Part shown: in pieces, positions 22,188 through 32,909 of the stretch
How positions within the stretch are numbered: position 1 is the stretch's first letter
Layout of the letters: every line of letters begins with the position of its first letter
Notes under the pieces: generated by a model
What the model was told of the DNA's origin: nothing
What the model saw: only the letters and a program-made list of their open reading frames with translations
Database searches by the model: none
NCBI GenBank assembly: GCA_963804165.1
Contig: CAWDPO010000032.1
Span: 1-36,983, forward strand
Length of the DNA: 36,983 nt
From: an uncultured delta proteobacterium
GTDB taxonomy: Bacteria > Desulfobacterota > Binatia > UBA9968
Direction of reading: 5' to 3'
Made by a program: the position numbers and the translations under genes

Positions 22188-23744
22188 ATGTCTGAGATTC
22201 AAAATCCTGTTCCGGAACAGCAACGGCGGGGAGATTCGCAACATTTCGCCGGCACGGAAAACCGCGCGACACATCTCGAAAATCGGGCGGATCTCTTGGT
22301 GCCCAATGTGCTCGTGGTCGATGATGACCCCGTGATTCGAAAGCAATTGGAGCGGCTCTATACGCAAAATGGCTATTCCGTCGTTGCCTTTTCTTCAGCC
22401 GAATCGAGCATGCGGCGTCTGGAAGACGATGACATCGACTTCGTGATCACCGACATCAAACTTCCCGGAATGGACGGTGTGCAGTTTATCTCTTACATCC
22501 ATCTAAAGTATCCCGATCTTCCGGTGATCGCGATTACCGGCTATGCCGAGATTCAAACGGCAGTCGACGTGCTCAAGTTAGGCGCGTGTGACTTTATCAC
22601 CAAGCCGTTCGAATTGGCGGCGGTGCTCGAATCAACGCGCGCGGCGCTGGAGAGCGCCAAGAGTTCCATGGAGATCCGGCACCTGCGGCGCTGGCTGAGA
22701 GAACGATTTCAGTTTAGCGAAATGCTCAGCCAGACTTCGCAGATGCACCGCGTCTTCGAAATGATCCGCATGGCGGCCCCCACGGATATGACCGTGCTGA
22801 TTCACGGAGAAACGGGCACCGGAAAGGAACTGGTCGCGCACGCGATTCACCATCACAGCAGTCGGCGTGCGGGGCCATTCGTGGCGATCAATTGTTCCGG
22901 TTTTTCGGACAGCCAGTTGGAGAGCGAGCTGTTCGGTTACGAGAAAGGCGCAGTTATGGGCGCCGGCGAAACCAAACACGGCAAGATCGAATTGGCTCAC
23001 GGAGGCACGCTGTTCTTGGACGACGTCGAAAGCATGTCTTTGGCGATGCAAGGAAAAATGCTTCGTGTCATCGAGGAGCGGAGCATCCGGCGCCTCGGTG
23101 GTCCTCACAGCGTACATGTTGACGTGCGCGTGATTGCCGCGAGCAACGTATCTTTGAAAAGGTTGGTATCCGAAGGAGCGGTGCGCTCCGATTTCTACTA
23201 CCGGATCAATGTGGTGCCCATTCAGCTCATTCCCCTGCGCGAGCGCTCGACGGACATTCCTCTCCTGGTGCAGAATTTTATCCAGCATCATCCGGTCGCC
23301 AAGAGTAAAAGGATCGTCAATGTTTCGGATCACGTTTTGCGGCGTCTCATGGAATATACTTGGCCGGGCAATATTCGCGAGCTGTACAATCTGCTCGAAT
23401 GCGCAATAGTCTTAGCCACCGGACGGATTATCGAAAACGTGAAATTGCCCGAGGTGGCGAATGATCATCACCAGGAGAAAAACCAAATTGCCTCTTCTGC
23501 TTCACTGCGACAATGGTTGCGGGAAAAAGAAAAGCTTTTTCTATCCCAGAGACTCGAGCATCTCGGTGGAAATGTCGGGCTCACCGCCAAGAGCTGCCGG
23601 ATCGGCGTAAGAACGCTTTCTCGCAAGATGCGAAGTTATGGGCTCGATAAAAAACTTTTCAAGGAGATTGAAGTAACCGACAAACAGTCGGGGGCAAACA
23701 GCAGCCCGCCCGCGGGATTGTGGCCGAAGCAACATCGTTACTAG
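22188..23744 (+). CDS. NtrC-family response regulator (REC-AAA+-HTH) with atypical sigma54-contact loop
   Basis: REC: VVDDD, ITDIKLPGMDG, TKP. AAA+: GETGTGKE, ESELFG, GAVMGA in place of GAFTGA, FLDDV, RSDFYYR, WPGNIREL. C-terminal Fis-like HTH. Confidence 0.92.
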   Translation: MSEIQNPVPEQQRRGDSQHFAGTENRATHLENRADLLVPNVLVVDDDPVIRKQLERLYTQNGYSVVAFSSAESSMRRLEDDDIDFVITDIKLPGMDGVQFISYIHLKYPDLPVIAITGYAEIQTAVDVLKLGACDFITKPFELAAVLESTRAALESAKSSMEIRHLRRWLRERFQFSEMLSQTSQMHRVFEMIRMAAPTDMTVLIHGETGTGKELVAHAIHHHSSRRAGPFVAINCSGFSDSQLESELFGYEKGAVMGAGETKHGKIELAHGGTLFLDDVESMSLAMQGKMLRVIEERSIRRLGGPHSVHVDVRVIAASNVSLKRLVSEGAVRSDFYYRINVVPIQLIPLRERSTDIPLLVQNFIQHHPVAKSKRIVNVSDHVLRRLMEYTWPGNIRELYNLLECAIVLATGRIIENVKLPEVANDHHQEKNQIASSASLRQWLREKEKLFLSQRLEHLGGNVGLTAKSCRIGVRTLSRKMRSYGLDKKLFKEIEVTDKQSGANSSPPAGLWPKQHRY

Positions 23745-23954
23745 ACGCATCGGCCGCCGCGAACATTTTGCGAAACCGAGCCACTAGCCGAGCCGCCGGC
23801 AGGTTTAATAACGGCTTCACGCCCTTTGCTTCGTTCTGCCCCGCGAATTCGCCCAAGTTGTCGCAGTGAAACTAGTCGCCAATGCGCGCGAGACATCGTC
23901 GGGAATATCATTAACGAGATCGCGGACTGCCGCGATTCTTAGCGGTTTTATTTT

Positions 23955-25617
23955 ATGTACGAAAGTTACTTTGGACTGCGAGAGCCGCCATTTAGCGTGA
24001 CGCCGAACCCGCGGTTTTTCTTTACTAATTCTTCCTGCCGGGAAGCATTCGCGACCCTGTGCTACGGCGTCGAGCAGCGCAAGGGGATCGTTGTCGTCAC
24101 GGGTGAAGCGGGAACAGGCAAAACCACGCTGCTTAAGATGTTCATGCACCGCGCCAGCGCGAGTGTCCACGCATCCTATATTTTGGATCCCCATCTAAGC
24201 TTCGCCGAGCTGCTCCGTTGTACGCTGGCTGTTTTGGGTTTGGAGGGTGCCGGAGACCGATTGACGATCACTCGCCGGTTTTACGGGTACTTAGTTGAAC
24301 AGCTCACGAACGATCATCTCGTTGTTTTATTGCTCGACGAGGCCCAGGATATCAGCGATGAAGTCCTAAATGAGCTGACCCTGCTTTCCGATTTGGAGAA
24401 TGACGGTGCAAAGTTGCTCCAAATCGTGTTTGTCGGTCAACCGGAATTCGAATCCAAAATCGAGCAACTTTCATTTCATCGCCTCAAACAACGGATCGCG
24501 CTGCGGTCGCGGCTAACGCCGCTGAGCGCCGATGAGATATCGCCCTACATCGATTTTAGACTTACTGCGGCGGGCTACCGGGGGAAAACAATTTTTTTCA
24601 ACGCTGCAGTTGAACGGATCGCTTTTTATTCGAAAGGTATTCCCAGGCTCGTTAACGTTATTTGCGACAACGCATTACTGATAGCGTGCGCAACGTCACA
24701 AAATGTAGTCGACGCAGAAACGATCGAAGAGGCTGCCGATGGGCTTCAGCTTCGAGCGCGCTATGCGAGCCCACGATCATTTATCTCCACGGCAACACCG
24801 AGTCGAGCCGTCGGGCCGCAAGCCGTGGAGCTTCATTCTTGGCATCAGTTGGCGATCGACGTTCCCGTCGCGGTGACGAGCGCAGGCTGCGAGGCCAAAC
24901 TTCAACCGGACGAGTCGCGACCGCCGGATGACGAAAACCTTGCGCCCGACCGCGACGGAGTCTCCGCCGGCTTACCACCCGAGTGAAAGAAGATGGGCAG
25001 GACTATCAGCCGCGTTCGCCACGCTGATTGTCGTTCTCGGAGTCGTCGCAGTATTTTCCCATCGGCAGCAGGACTCGGCTAGTCTTGTGCCCGTGACCGA
25101 TCATATGGCAACGCTCAAAGAGATTTTCGCGCCGATTCCGGAACGAATATACCGTGTACTGCTAACACCGGCGTCGACGAAGGATTCATTCGATAGCGCA
25201 GCGCTTGAAATTCGGCCTGATTTCAACTCAGAGCGCAGTAATGAGGTCGCTCCGTTGCCGGCAACACAAAAACAGGCTCGGGAGGCAGACCCGCGAAAGG
25301 ACAGAAAAGAAGATCATCTAGAGGCAAAACAGAACGACCGTGCAGAGCCGTCGGGAACGGCCCGGCCATCTTCGATGCAACGGCGCTCCGCGGACATGCC
25401 AGTCGTCGCATCCTCCCGGTCTCGTTTCGAAGTCGTCGAAAATTCCTTTGTTCGAAAGGAGCCGGCTACTAAAGCCGAGGTGGTAGCGACGCTGCGCCCG
25501 GGTACAAGGATTCAATTGGTTGGCCGGACCGGCGATTATTTGCAAGTAGTCTCACTGGAGCAAGAAGCTATTCGTGGCTACGTCCACCGAGAGGATGCCT
25601 TTTTTAAGCCGCGCTGA
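23955..25617 (+). CDS. ExeA/GspA-like AAA ATPase with TM helix and C-terminal SH3b-like domain, one frameshift near 24930-24985
   Basis: MYESYFGLREPPFSVTPNPRF, GEAGTGKTT, LLDEAQ, LQIVFVGQPEF and GIPRLVNVICDNAL. Second frame has a TM (WAGLSAAFATLIVVLGVVAVF) and an SH3-like VRKEP..VVATLRPGTRI..GDYLQV..GYVH. Confidence 0.85.
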
Positions 25618-25672
25618 CGCTCGTCCCGCGCCACAATCTCGAGTTGCTATTTTCTGACGGCGGTAATCAACT

Positions 25673-27373
25673 ATGTACAACGAGCACTTTGGATTTGCCG
25701 AGTCGCCATTTAATGTCACGCCGGACTCCCGGTTTCTCTTCGTCAACCCCTGTTACGAGGAGGCCTTTGCCACACTTCGTTACGGAATCGATGCCCGGAA
25801 AGGCTTTATCGTCGTTACCGGGGAACCGGGAACAGGGAAAACAACTCTGCTAAAACGGTTGACGCAGAGCACTGAGTCCAACGTTCACACGGCTTGCGTT
25901 TTCGATCCCCATCTCAGTTTTACCGAGATCCTCAAGCTGATTCTGGCCGATCTGGGGTTGTCACGCTCCGGCGAGGATCGCCTGACGATGATGGGACAAC
26001 TTTACGATTATTTGATCGAACAACTCGAGCGAGGTCAAATCGTCGCCCTGATGATCGATGAAGCCCAGAGCGTGAGCGAGGAGGTATTGGAAGAGCTGCG
26101 TCTCCTCTCCAATCTGGAAACGGATACGGAAAAACTCATCCAGATCATTTTGGTCGGGCAGCCGGAATTTGAGGCGAAGTTGGATCAACCCGAGTTCGAT
26201 CATCTTCGGCAACGGGTGACGCTGCGATGCCGGCTCCGGCCCCTGGAAAAGCATGATATTGGACTTTATATCGAGTCGCGGCTCAGGACCGTCAATTGCC
26301 GGCGCCGCGATTTGTTCGACGCTGAGTCCATCGAGCGTATCGCGCTTTATTCGAAAGGCATTCCACGGCTCATCAATGTGATCTGTGACAATGCCCTACT
26401 GATTGCCTACGCCAATAACCGAGGCTACATCACGGTCGGTGACATTGACGAAGCCGCGCACGAGTTACAACTGATCGATCATATTCCGACCGCGCCCGAC
26501 ACTGCTTTACGAGAGTTTCCGATACGAGAGTTTTCAAAAACAGAGGATGGAGACGACCATCCAAGTGTCAGCAACCGGCAAACCGGCGATGCGAGAACTA
26601 TCAGTGACTCAATTCGCCCGCTTACGAGCGAGAAGCCCAATGGCGTAAAAGTAAGCGAAAAACCACGCGGCGCGCCCCCGCCCGAGCCGCCGCGGCCGGA
26701 GTTCGAGCCGTTCTTCGTCGAACTTGGCTGGAATAAACCGGCGTCCGTACACAGCCGCAGCATGGGGATCCTGATATTCCTCTGTATGGTGGCCGGCACG
26801 GCCCTGTTTATCGGCGTGCAGCAAAGAGAAATTTCCGTTCCCGCGATGGGCGCGCTCATCGAAAGGTTGTTGGATCTCGGGCGCGGCGATGAGAATCTTC
26901 ACCCCGCGCCGCCGTCGGCAACCCATCCGGAAAAATCTAACGACGCCGTGTCCCAGAGGGCTCCTGTGGCGGACGCCCCGCCGCTCGTGGCGCAAAATTT
27001 AGACGAGGACATCACGCCGGCACCCGAGCCTAAGGAGCAGGTGGAACCGGCGCTGCCACTCATTGGAAAAGAAGTCTCGCCGTCAAAGAAATCAGCCGAC
27101 ATCCGGCAAAACAAACGAGCGGTCTTCAAAGACCAAGCCGCGCTCAAGCCGGCCAACGAGGCAGTGATCCCCGATAGAAAACTGGAACTCGAAATTTACA
27201 AGGCGATCAACGACCGCGCGATCCGGGGGGTTCAGGTATCCTACGTCGAGGAGGGCACGGTGTACCTCGAAGGCCGAGTCGCCACGCCAAGACAGAAACT
27301 CGCCGCGGTGCGCGCAGCCTTGGGCGTTCACGGCGTGAAGCGTGTTCGCGATCGGATCGTGATCGATTACTAA
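25673..27373 (+). CDS. ExeA/GspA-like AAA ATPase with TM helix and C-terminal BON domain
   Basis: Intact 566 aa with MYNEHFGFAESPFNVTPD, GEPGTGKTT, IDEAQ and GIPRLINVICDNAL, a Pro-rich linker and a TM. BON: GVQVSYVEEGTVYLEGRV..AALGVHGVKRVRDRI. Confidence 0.9.
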   Translation: MYNEHFGFAESPFNVTPDSRFLFVNPCYEEAFATLRYGIDARKGFIVVTGEPGTGKTTLLKRLTQSTESNVHTACVFDPHLSFTEILKLILADLGLSRSGEDRLTMMGQLYDYLIEQLERGQIVALMIDEAQSVSEEVLEELRLLSNLETDTEKLIQIILVGQPEFEAKLDQPEFDHLRQRVTLRCRLRPLEKHDIGLYIESRLRTVNCRRRDLFDAESIERIALYSKGIPRLINVICDNALLIAYANNRGYITVGDIDEAAHELQLIDHIPTAPDTALREFPIREFSKTEDGDDHPSVSNRQTGDARTISDSIRPLTSEKPNGVKVSEKPRGAPPPEPPRPEFEPFFVELGWNKPASVHSRSMGILIFLCMVAGTALFIGVQQREISVPAMGALIERLLDLGRGDENLHPAPPSATHPEKSNDAVSQRAPVADAPPLVAQNLDEDITPAPEPKEQVEPALPLIGKEVSPSKKSADIRQNKRAVFKDQAALKPANEAVIPDRKLELEIYKAINDRAIRGVQVSYVEEGTVYLEGRVATPRQKLAAVRAALGVHGVKRVRDRIVIDY

Positions 27374-28072
27374 GTGGTGGCGGTGAGCCGCCTCACGCGA
27401 TTCTCAGCTAAACGCAATTCCAAATTACCTCGCTCTCTTTCCCCGCTTGTCGTAGAACCCACCGCGAATAGCGATCGAAGAGAAATTTCGACTCGCTAAA
27501 AATCTGAAGAAGTTCCGTTCAAAAGTTTCCGCGGGAATAAGTTGACGGAGCGCACCCGGTCTTTTTTGGGCCGACCGGTCGTGTGTGGGCGGAGCTTTAT
27601 TTCGTTGCTGGCTCCGACTTATCAAGTCAAGCGCCGGTTGCTGGTTGCGCCGAATTTATGTGCTTTTTGGAAAGAGTATAATCTGCGCTGACGCGGTTTG
27701 GTGCTAACCTAGATCGGTCCAGATGCTCGATCACCCGGAGCTGCGGTGACGTTGGCAGATCGCCGGCGTCGCGCGGTCGCGCCTGCTTCCAATTCCGCTT
27801 GACACAAAATCCCATCGCCTTGCGTGGTTGATCAGCCGATCGCGGCACGTCTCGTCAAGATCCGCCGCGTCTCCACGCTGCCGTGATCGCGCAGCATGTC
27901 GCGGTAGCTCGTCGCTCCAATGGTGCTCACGGCAATATTCTCACAATCATGTCAATCTGCGCCAAGTTTGGCGCTCGATGTCAAAAAACTTGTCTCGAAT
28001 GACAATACATCCCAACGGCAACTCGATCCTAACTGATGTAATCTTCCAAGGAATTCAATAATGTTCCTGCAA

Positions 28073-28088
28073 TGGCCTTAGCATTGCT
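28073..28088 (+). promoter_or_regulatory. Probable sigma54 promoter
   Basis: TGGCCT-TAGCA-TTGCT with GG-N10-GC spacing, about 195 bp upstream of the delta-60 repeat gene. TGTC/GACA motifs lie at 27950-28005. Confidence 0.55.
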
Positions 28089-28282
28089 CTAAGCACACAG
28101 CTGAAGCGATAAGATCGGGCGGTGAATGTCGATTGAAATCGTGCGGCCGCTCTAATTTCAAACTTTACGCCGCTTCCAATTAGCGATCGCCGGATGCCTT
28201 TTGTTGTTAGTCCGCGCGATCGTGGCCTTGCCTGACTCGCAAGGCTGATGGAGCCGGTTTCACTTACCAGGGAGGGTAGAAC

Positions 28283-29910
28283 ATGCAACAGGGGCAGTGG
28301 CGCCATCAACGGATGCGTAGCGGCGTCGGTAAAGTCTCAAAGGCAATGGCGCGGGCAGGTGGCCGCAACGATGTTTGCGCTACTGCTGTCATTCCTGACA
28401 GCGGGGCTGCCGCAGCGGCCCCGGGCGCAGGGGACCTCGACGTAGCTTCGGTGCCGATGGAAAAGTCCTAACTGACTTCGGGGGGCGCGGCGACACGGCA
28501 GTCGCCATTGCGATACAGCCTGATGGCAAAATTGTGGTCGTCGGATCGTCCAACGATGACACTGGGAACGAGAGTGACTTTGCCTTGGCGCGTTATCTGC
28601 CTGGAGGCAATCTGGATGGCAGCTTCAGCGGCGACGGCAAGGTGCGCACCAATTTCGGCTCCTTTGACTTTGCCGAGAGCGTGGTCCTGCAACCCGACGG
28701 CAAAATCGTGGTCGTCGGAACCTCCGTCGATTTGACCAGTCTCACTGGGGACTTTGTCGTGGCGCGTTACCTTGCTACCGGAACCCTGGATCGTACCTTC
28801 AACGGCACCGGCTGGGTCATTACAAATTTAGGGGCCGATGACAGAGCCAGCGCCGTAGCCTTGCAGCCCGATGGTAAAATTGTGGTCGTCGGACAATCTC
28901 AGAATGCCGCAGGGATTGACATTGTCTGTAGTACGCTATCTCCCCAGCGGCGCCCTGGACTCTCAATTCAACGGTACTGGCTGGGTAACAAGCGACTTTT
29001 CGGTCTCCGATGCAGCCTTTGCCGTAGCCATCCAGCCCGACGGCAAGATCGTGGTGGCCGGACGCTCAGACGATGATGTTGTCTTGGTACGCTATCCTTC
29101 CAAAGGGAACCCTCGATCCGGCATTCAATGGCAGTGGCTGGGTCACCACTGATTTTTTCGCTGATGACCTAGCCACGGCTGTCGTTTTGCAGCCCGACGG
29201 TAAAATTGTGCGTGGCCGGATTTACGATCACAGGAAATGCCTCTATCTTAGCGCGCTATCGAGCCAATGGTATCCTCGATCCCGGCTTCGGTGACGACGG
29301 CAGGGTTTTTCTCGACTTTCAGAGTTTCCGTCGAAACCAAGCTTATTCCATGGCGCTGCAACCCGATGGCAAGATTGTGATCGCTGGATCTGCCATGTTT
29401 ACTAGTAATCTACATTTTGCGTTGGCGCGCTTTCAACCGAACGGCTTGCTGGATACCACTTTCGGCGGTGATGGAAGAGTGCGCACTAATTTTCCCGACC
29501 ATGCTGAAGCTCTTGCGATCGCCATGCAACCCAACGATGGACGATTGGTCGTGGCTGGGTACACCAATACTGCCGGCAGCGGTTTTGCCAACCGTGACTT
29601 CGCACTGACACGTTATCATGCATTCACTTGTGGAGGCATGGTCGTTACACGCATAGGCACCGCGGGCAACGATACGATCACGGGTACATCCGGCAAAGAT
29701 GTGATCTATGGTTTTGGCGGCGACGACTTCATCGACGGCCTTGAGCGGGCAACGACATTCTCTGCGGCGGCAGCTGGCAACGATATTCTGGAGGGTGGCG
29801 GCGGTGATGACATCTTGCGCGGCGGTTCGGGCACCGACATCTGTCGCGGCGAGTCGCATCTTGTTGGTGATAAAGCCTTCGACTGTGAAAGCATCACGGG
29901 CGTGCCGTAG
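28283..29910 (+). CDS. Secreted delta-60 repeat (DUF5122 beta-propeller) protein with C-terminal RTX-like Ca-binding GGxGxD repeats, frameshifted
   Basis: About 7 repeats of (L/I)QPDGKIVV.G..F.LARY..G.LD..F.G.G. C-terminal GTAGNDTITGTSGKDVIYGFGGDD..GGGGDDILRGGSGTD. GGGAGG RBS before ATG 28283, with a hydrophobic signal-like segment near 28370. Confidence 0.85.
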
Positions 29911-30467
29911 CCGCGCTCAGAAGAGCGGATTGTGCAAGGCGGGAAAATTTTACTCCGCCTTCCACGTAGGAATTGTACCAGGGTACGAGCAAATTTCGTG
30001 GGGCAGCGGCGTATACACCGCTGCAAGAACGTATTTTCGAGGCGCTCCCGGAATTTACGGACATAAAGATGATTGAAAGATAATCGATGTCTCATTCTCG
30101 TCGTCTGATCTAGTCACCCGGTACAGCCATGCAAAGCCCGGAGATGAAAATCACGGGGCCTAACGCTGGGTGAGCTAATAACCTTGGCAGGCATCGACAG
30201 ATCGCTTGGGTCGTTCGGCCGCTCCTACGGTCCGGTCCCTCTTCACCCCAAACTCCATCACTTTGCCGCGTGCTTAGTCACGCGATCAAACTCGGTGTCG
30301 TCCAGATCCATTGCGCCTCCCACGCCTTTGTGATCGCACAACATCTGGCGATAAACCTCCTAGCTCCAGTCAAGCTGCTTTTTAGCGACATGGGCCAATT
30401 CTTTTTTCTTTGAAATTATTTTCATGAGTGTTATTGCTCGTTCGGCGTCGCTCCGCAGGGGGCTCCA

Positions 30468-32225
30468 ATGATTGTTTTACTTCTCATCCTTGCCTCACTT
30501 CTTTTTTCCTGCCGCGCAGTGGAAAATGGCGGAGATGGCCGGCCACCAGTCGGTGCTCCATCCACGACCCTGGTCGGATTAACGAGAGTTACGGTCGAAG
30601 CGACCGTTAAGGGGAGCGTCTATTTGCAGTGTCCAGCACGACACCGACAGCGGGACTCCTTATGCGAACGAGACGGCGACCGTGCCATCATTGGGGGGTG
30701 AAATGCACGGTAACCATTACCGGTTTGCCTCAAAACGCGTTGCGCTATTATCGCGTCAAAGCCAACAACGGAAGCGACGGGTTTTCACCCGAGGGAACAT
30801 TTACAACGGACGTGCAGTTGACCGCGCTGGGGTTCACGCAGCGAGAAAAAAATATTTGGGTGAGCAGGGCGGCAGAGGTCCTTATAGGACACCGGCGACG
30901 CTTCGGCTAATAGCCCGAATGATTGGACTCGGCATTACCGCAAACGCCGCCTCGTTTCTCGCCAATCCGTCGCAGCACCGCGTTGCCGGTCAGACCACAA
31001 ATACCTGCGCAGTGCATCCAGGTATGCCGACGAACAGATTATATGGTCAGAACCTCTGACGGGATGCGGCTCTCTTTTACTTCGTCACAGGGAATACGAG
31101 CTATCGCGACGCGGTGCGGGACGAGCTATTAACGCAAGCTGCTACAGCCGGGACAGACTTCACCAACTCGACTCGTTGGTGCACCGCTCCATCCTTACGC
31201 GCTTCTCAGTTTTTTTGAAACGGCTCGCTGGATGAAAACACTTATTCTTGGCTACAACTTCCATCCGCGCCGACATTTCTGCTGGCAATCGCACAGCATT
31301 GGATGCTTCGTTCTGGGGTATGCGACTTGGGGTGAGGCTGCTACTCATTTGGATATTGCTACGCAATGGCCGAACCGAAAAAGCGACAGCTATGGCACCT
31401 CGCCGCAAGGAACCGGAACATGCCGTACTGTGTTGTATTATCAAGGCCCACTGACTTGCGATTGGCACATTCCGTGGTCAAATCAAACCGGCCAGTCAAG
31501 CCTCGGCATGGACGATGATCGGGGTCAAGCTCAATAATTCTACCCTCAAGGCTGAAGGCGCGCGGTACTTTGAAGGAGTGGCTCGCCTACGGAGTTCATT
31601 TTTCGGACACGGATAACGTCTCCACGGCTTCGGAATATTATCGTTGCTGCAACAACTCCACGAGTCGCTGGATCCGTCGATAGGCATTCTCATTATGTGA
31701 GTGCGACAATCACCGAGGCCATTTATATCGCCGAGTTCCTGGCGCGTTCTGGTGATGCTTCGCTTTTTGATTACACGACGTCTTAGTGGGGCAGTACGGT
31801 ACGGATGGCGGACCGCAAGAGCTTGCGTGACGTGATCAATACGCATTTGAAAATGGCCGATCATGCGATCACCCGCTACGGCGTGAAAGATGCCAGCGAC
31901 TTCGGCGGCCCCGTAGCAGGCAATATCATCGACATCGACTTATACAGGGCCTACGGGCGGTGGACAGCAACGATCGAATTATCATTCTGCAGAAATATCT
32001 ACCCCTGGTTCCGATTGCGGCCCGACGCTATGGAGATAATTATTTTAAGGGTTTTTACCTACGTACCAATTCAGGTCTCAGCGGCTTTATCCGAGAACGC
32101 CTTTTTCGGTGTTTTTGCCGTAATAAGGGATGGGGTGGACCTTGGGGCGAACTGCGGGTGCGCTACTTCATGTTCGGTCAGATGGAAGGGCATTGATATA
32201 CCCTTATCCCGAAGTAAATGAATAG
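30468..32225 (+). CDS. Hypothetical secreted protein with N-terminal FN3-like domain, heavily frameshifted
   Basis: Signal-like MIVLLLILASLLFS, FN3-like TVTITGLPQNALRYYRVKA..SPEGTFTT, then Tyr/Trp-rich helical-looking fragments. Boundaries are approximate. Confidence 0.5.
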
Positions 32226-32893
32226 GAGGATCAGAGACACTGGCCAAATCGGTTCATGGGATTGTGGTGACGTCTGACGGGGCGAGCACTGGGGTGTTGC
32301 CCATATATCTTTTCTGGCGTTGGAATCAGAACTGAATGACTTGAACAAACTCAAACGGCCAATGTGGACTTCTGTGCAGCTGGTATTCCAATGCTACGTA
32401 TCTCAGTCATTCGTTATTGTGACTCCCCTGTCAGTTCTGTCTCGGCGTGTCAATTTTGTCATGTCGCAGAAAGAACTCATCATTTTACTGCTTATTGTTT
32501 TAGCAGCCGATGTCCGCGCATTGGGCACAAATTTTTCGATTTGAGCTAGATTCGGTTAACGGAGCAGTAACAATTCCATGCAATGATGCCAATCATAATC
32601 GAACATTACCAAGGCAGCGCTCGACTCGACCCTTAGTGAGCCAAGCTGTTGACTTGGGGGATTAAGTAACTGGTGCGTCGGAGTGATGATCTGAATGGGC
32701 GATATGCGACTAGAATTGGCTCCCTGAAAGAACGCGGAAATGACCCAAAAAACGGACCGAAACGCGCAAACCCGGACCCCAAATGGCACCGGGTGGAGAG
32801 GCTTCAGGGTGTTTCCGAAAGGTTGCCGTTATAGAACCCAGCGCTGTTGTCATTAGGCCCAAGGTCATTTGCGATAATTACGTTGCATGGTGC

Positions 32894-32909
32894 TGGCGCG
32901 CAGATTGCG
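32894..32909 (+). promoter_or_regulatory. Possible sigma54 promoter
   Basis: TGGCGC-GCAGA-TTGCG with GG-N10-GC spacing, inside a 1.4-kb intergenic region. Confidence 0.5.

Noticed and set aside
23955-27373. Calling the ExeA-like genes a type II secretion system or transposon TniB/TnsC ATPases
   Set aside because: No gspC-M genes, transposase or terminal repeats in the window. The TM plus SH3/BON tails fit envelope-associated ExeA-like proteins.
28500-29620. Periodic DNA repeats (cagcccgacggcaaaatcgtggtc variants) as a CRISPR array or tandem repeat
   Set aside because: They are degenerate at third codon positions and encode the QPDGKIVV blades of the delta-60 protein.
32740-32830. c-di-GMP-I (GEMM) riboswitch-like look (GCAAA-CCCGG..GGCA-CCGGG, GAAA loops)
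   Set aside because: The conserved P1 GGCAAAC..GAAA..GGACGC arrangement and tetraloop receptor are not recognisable. It cannot be called without an Infernal search.
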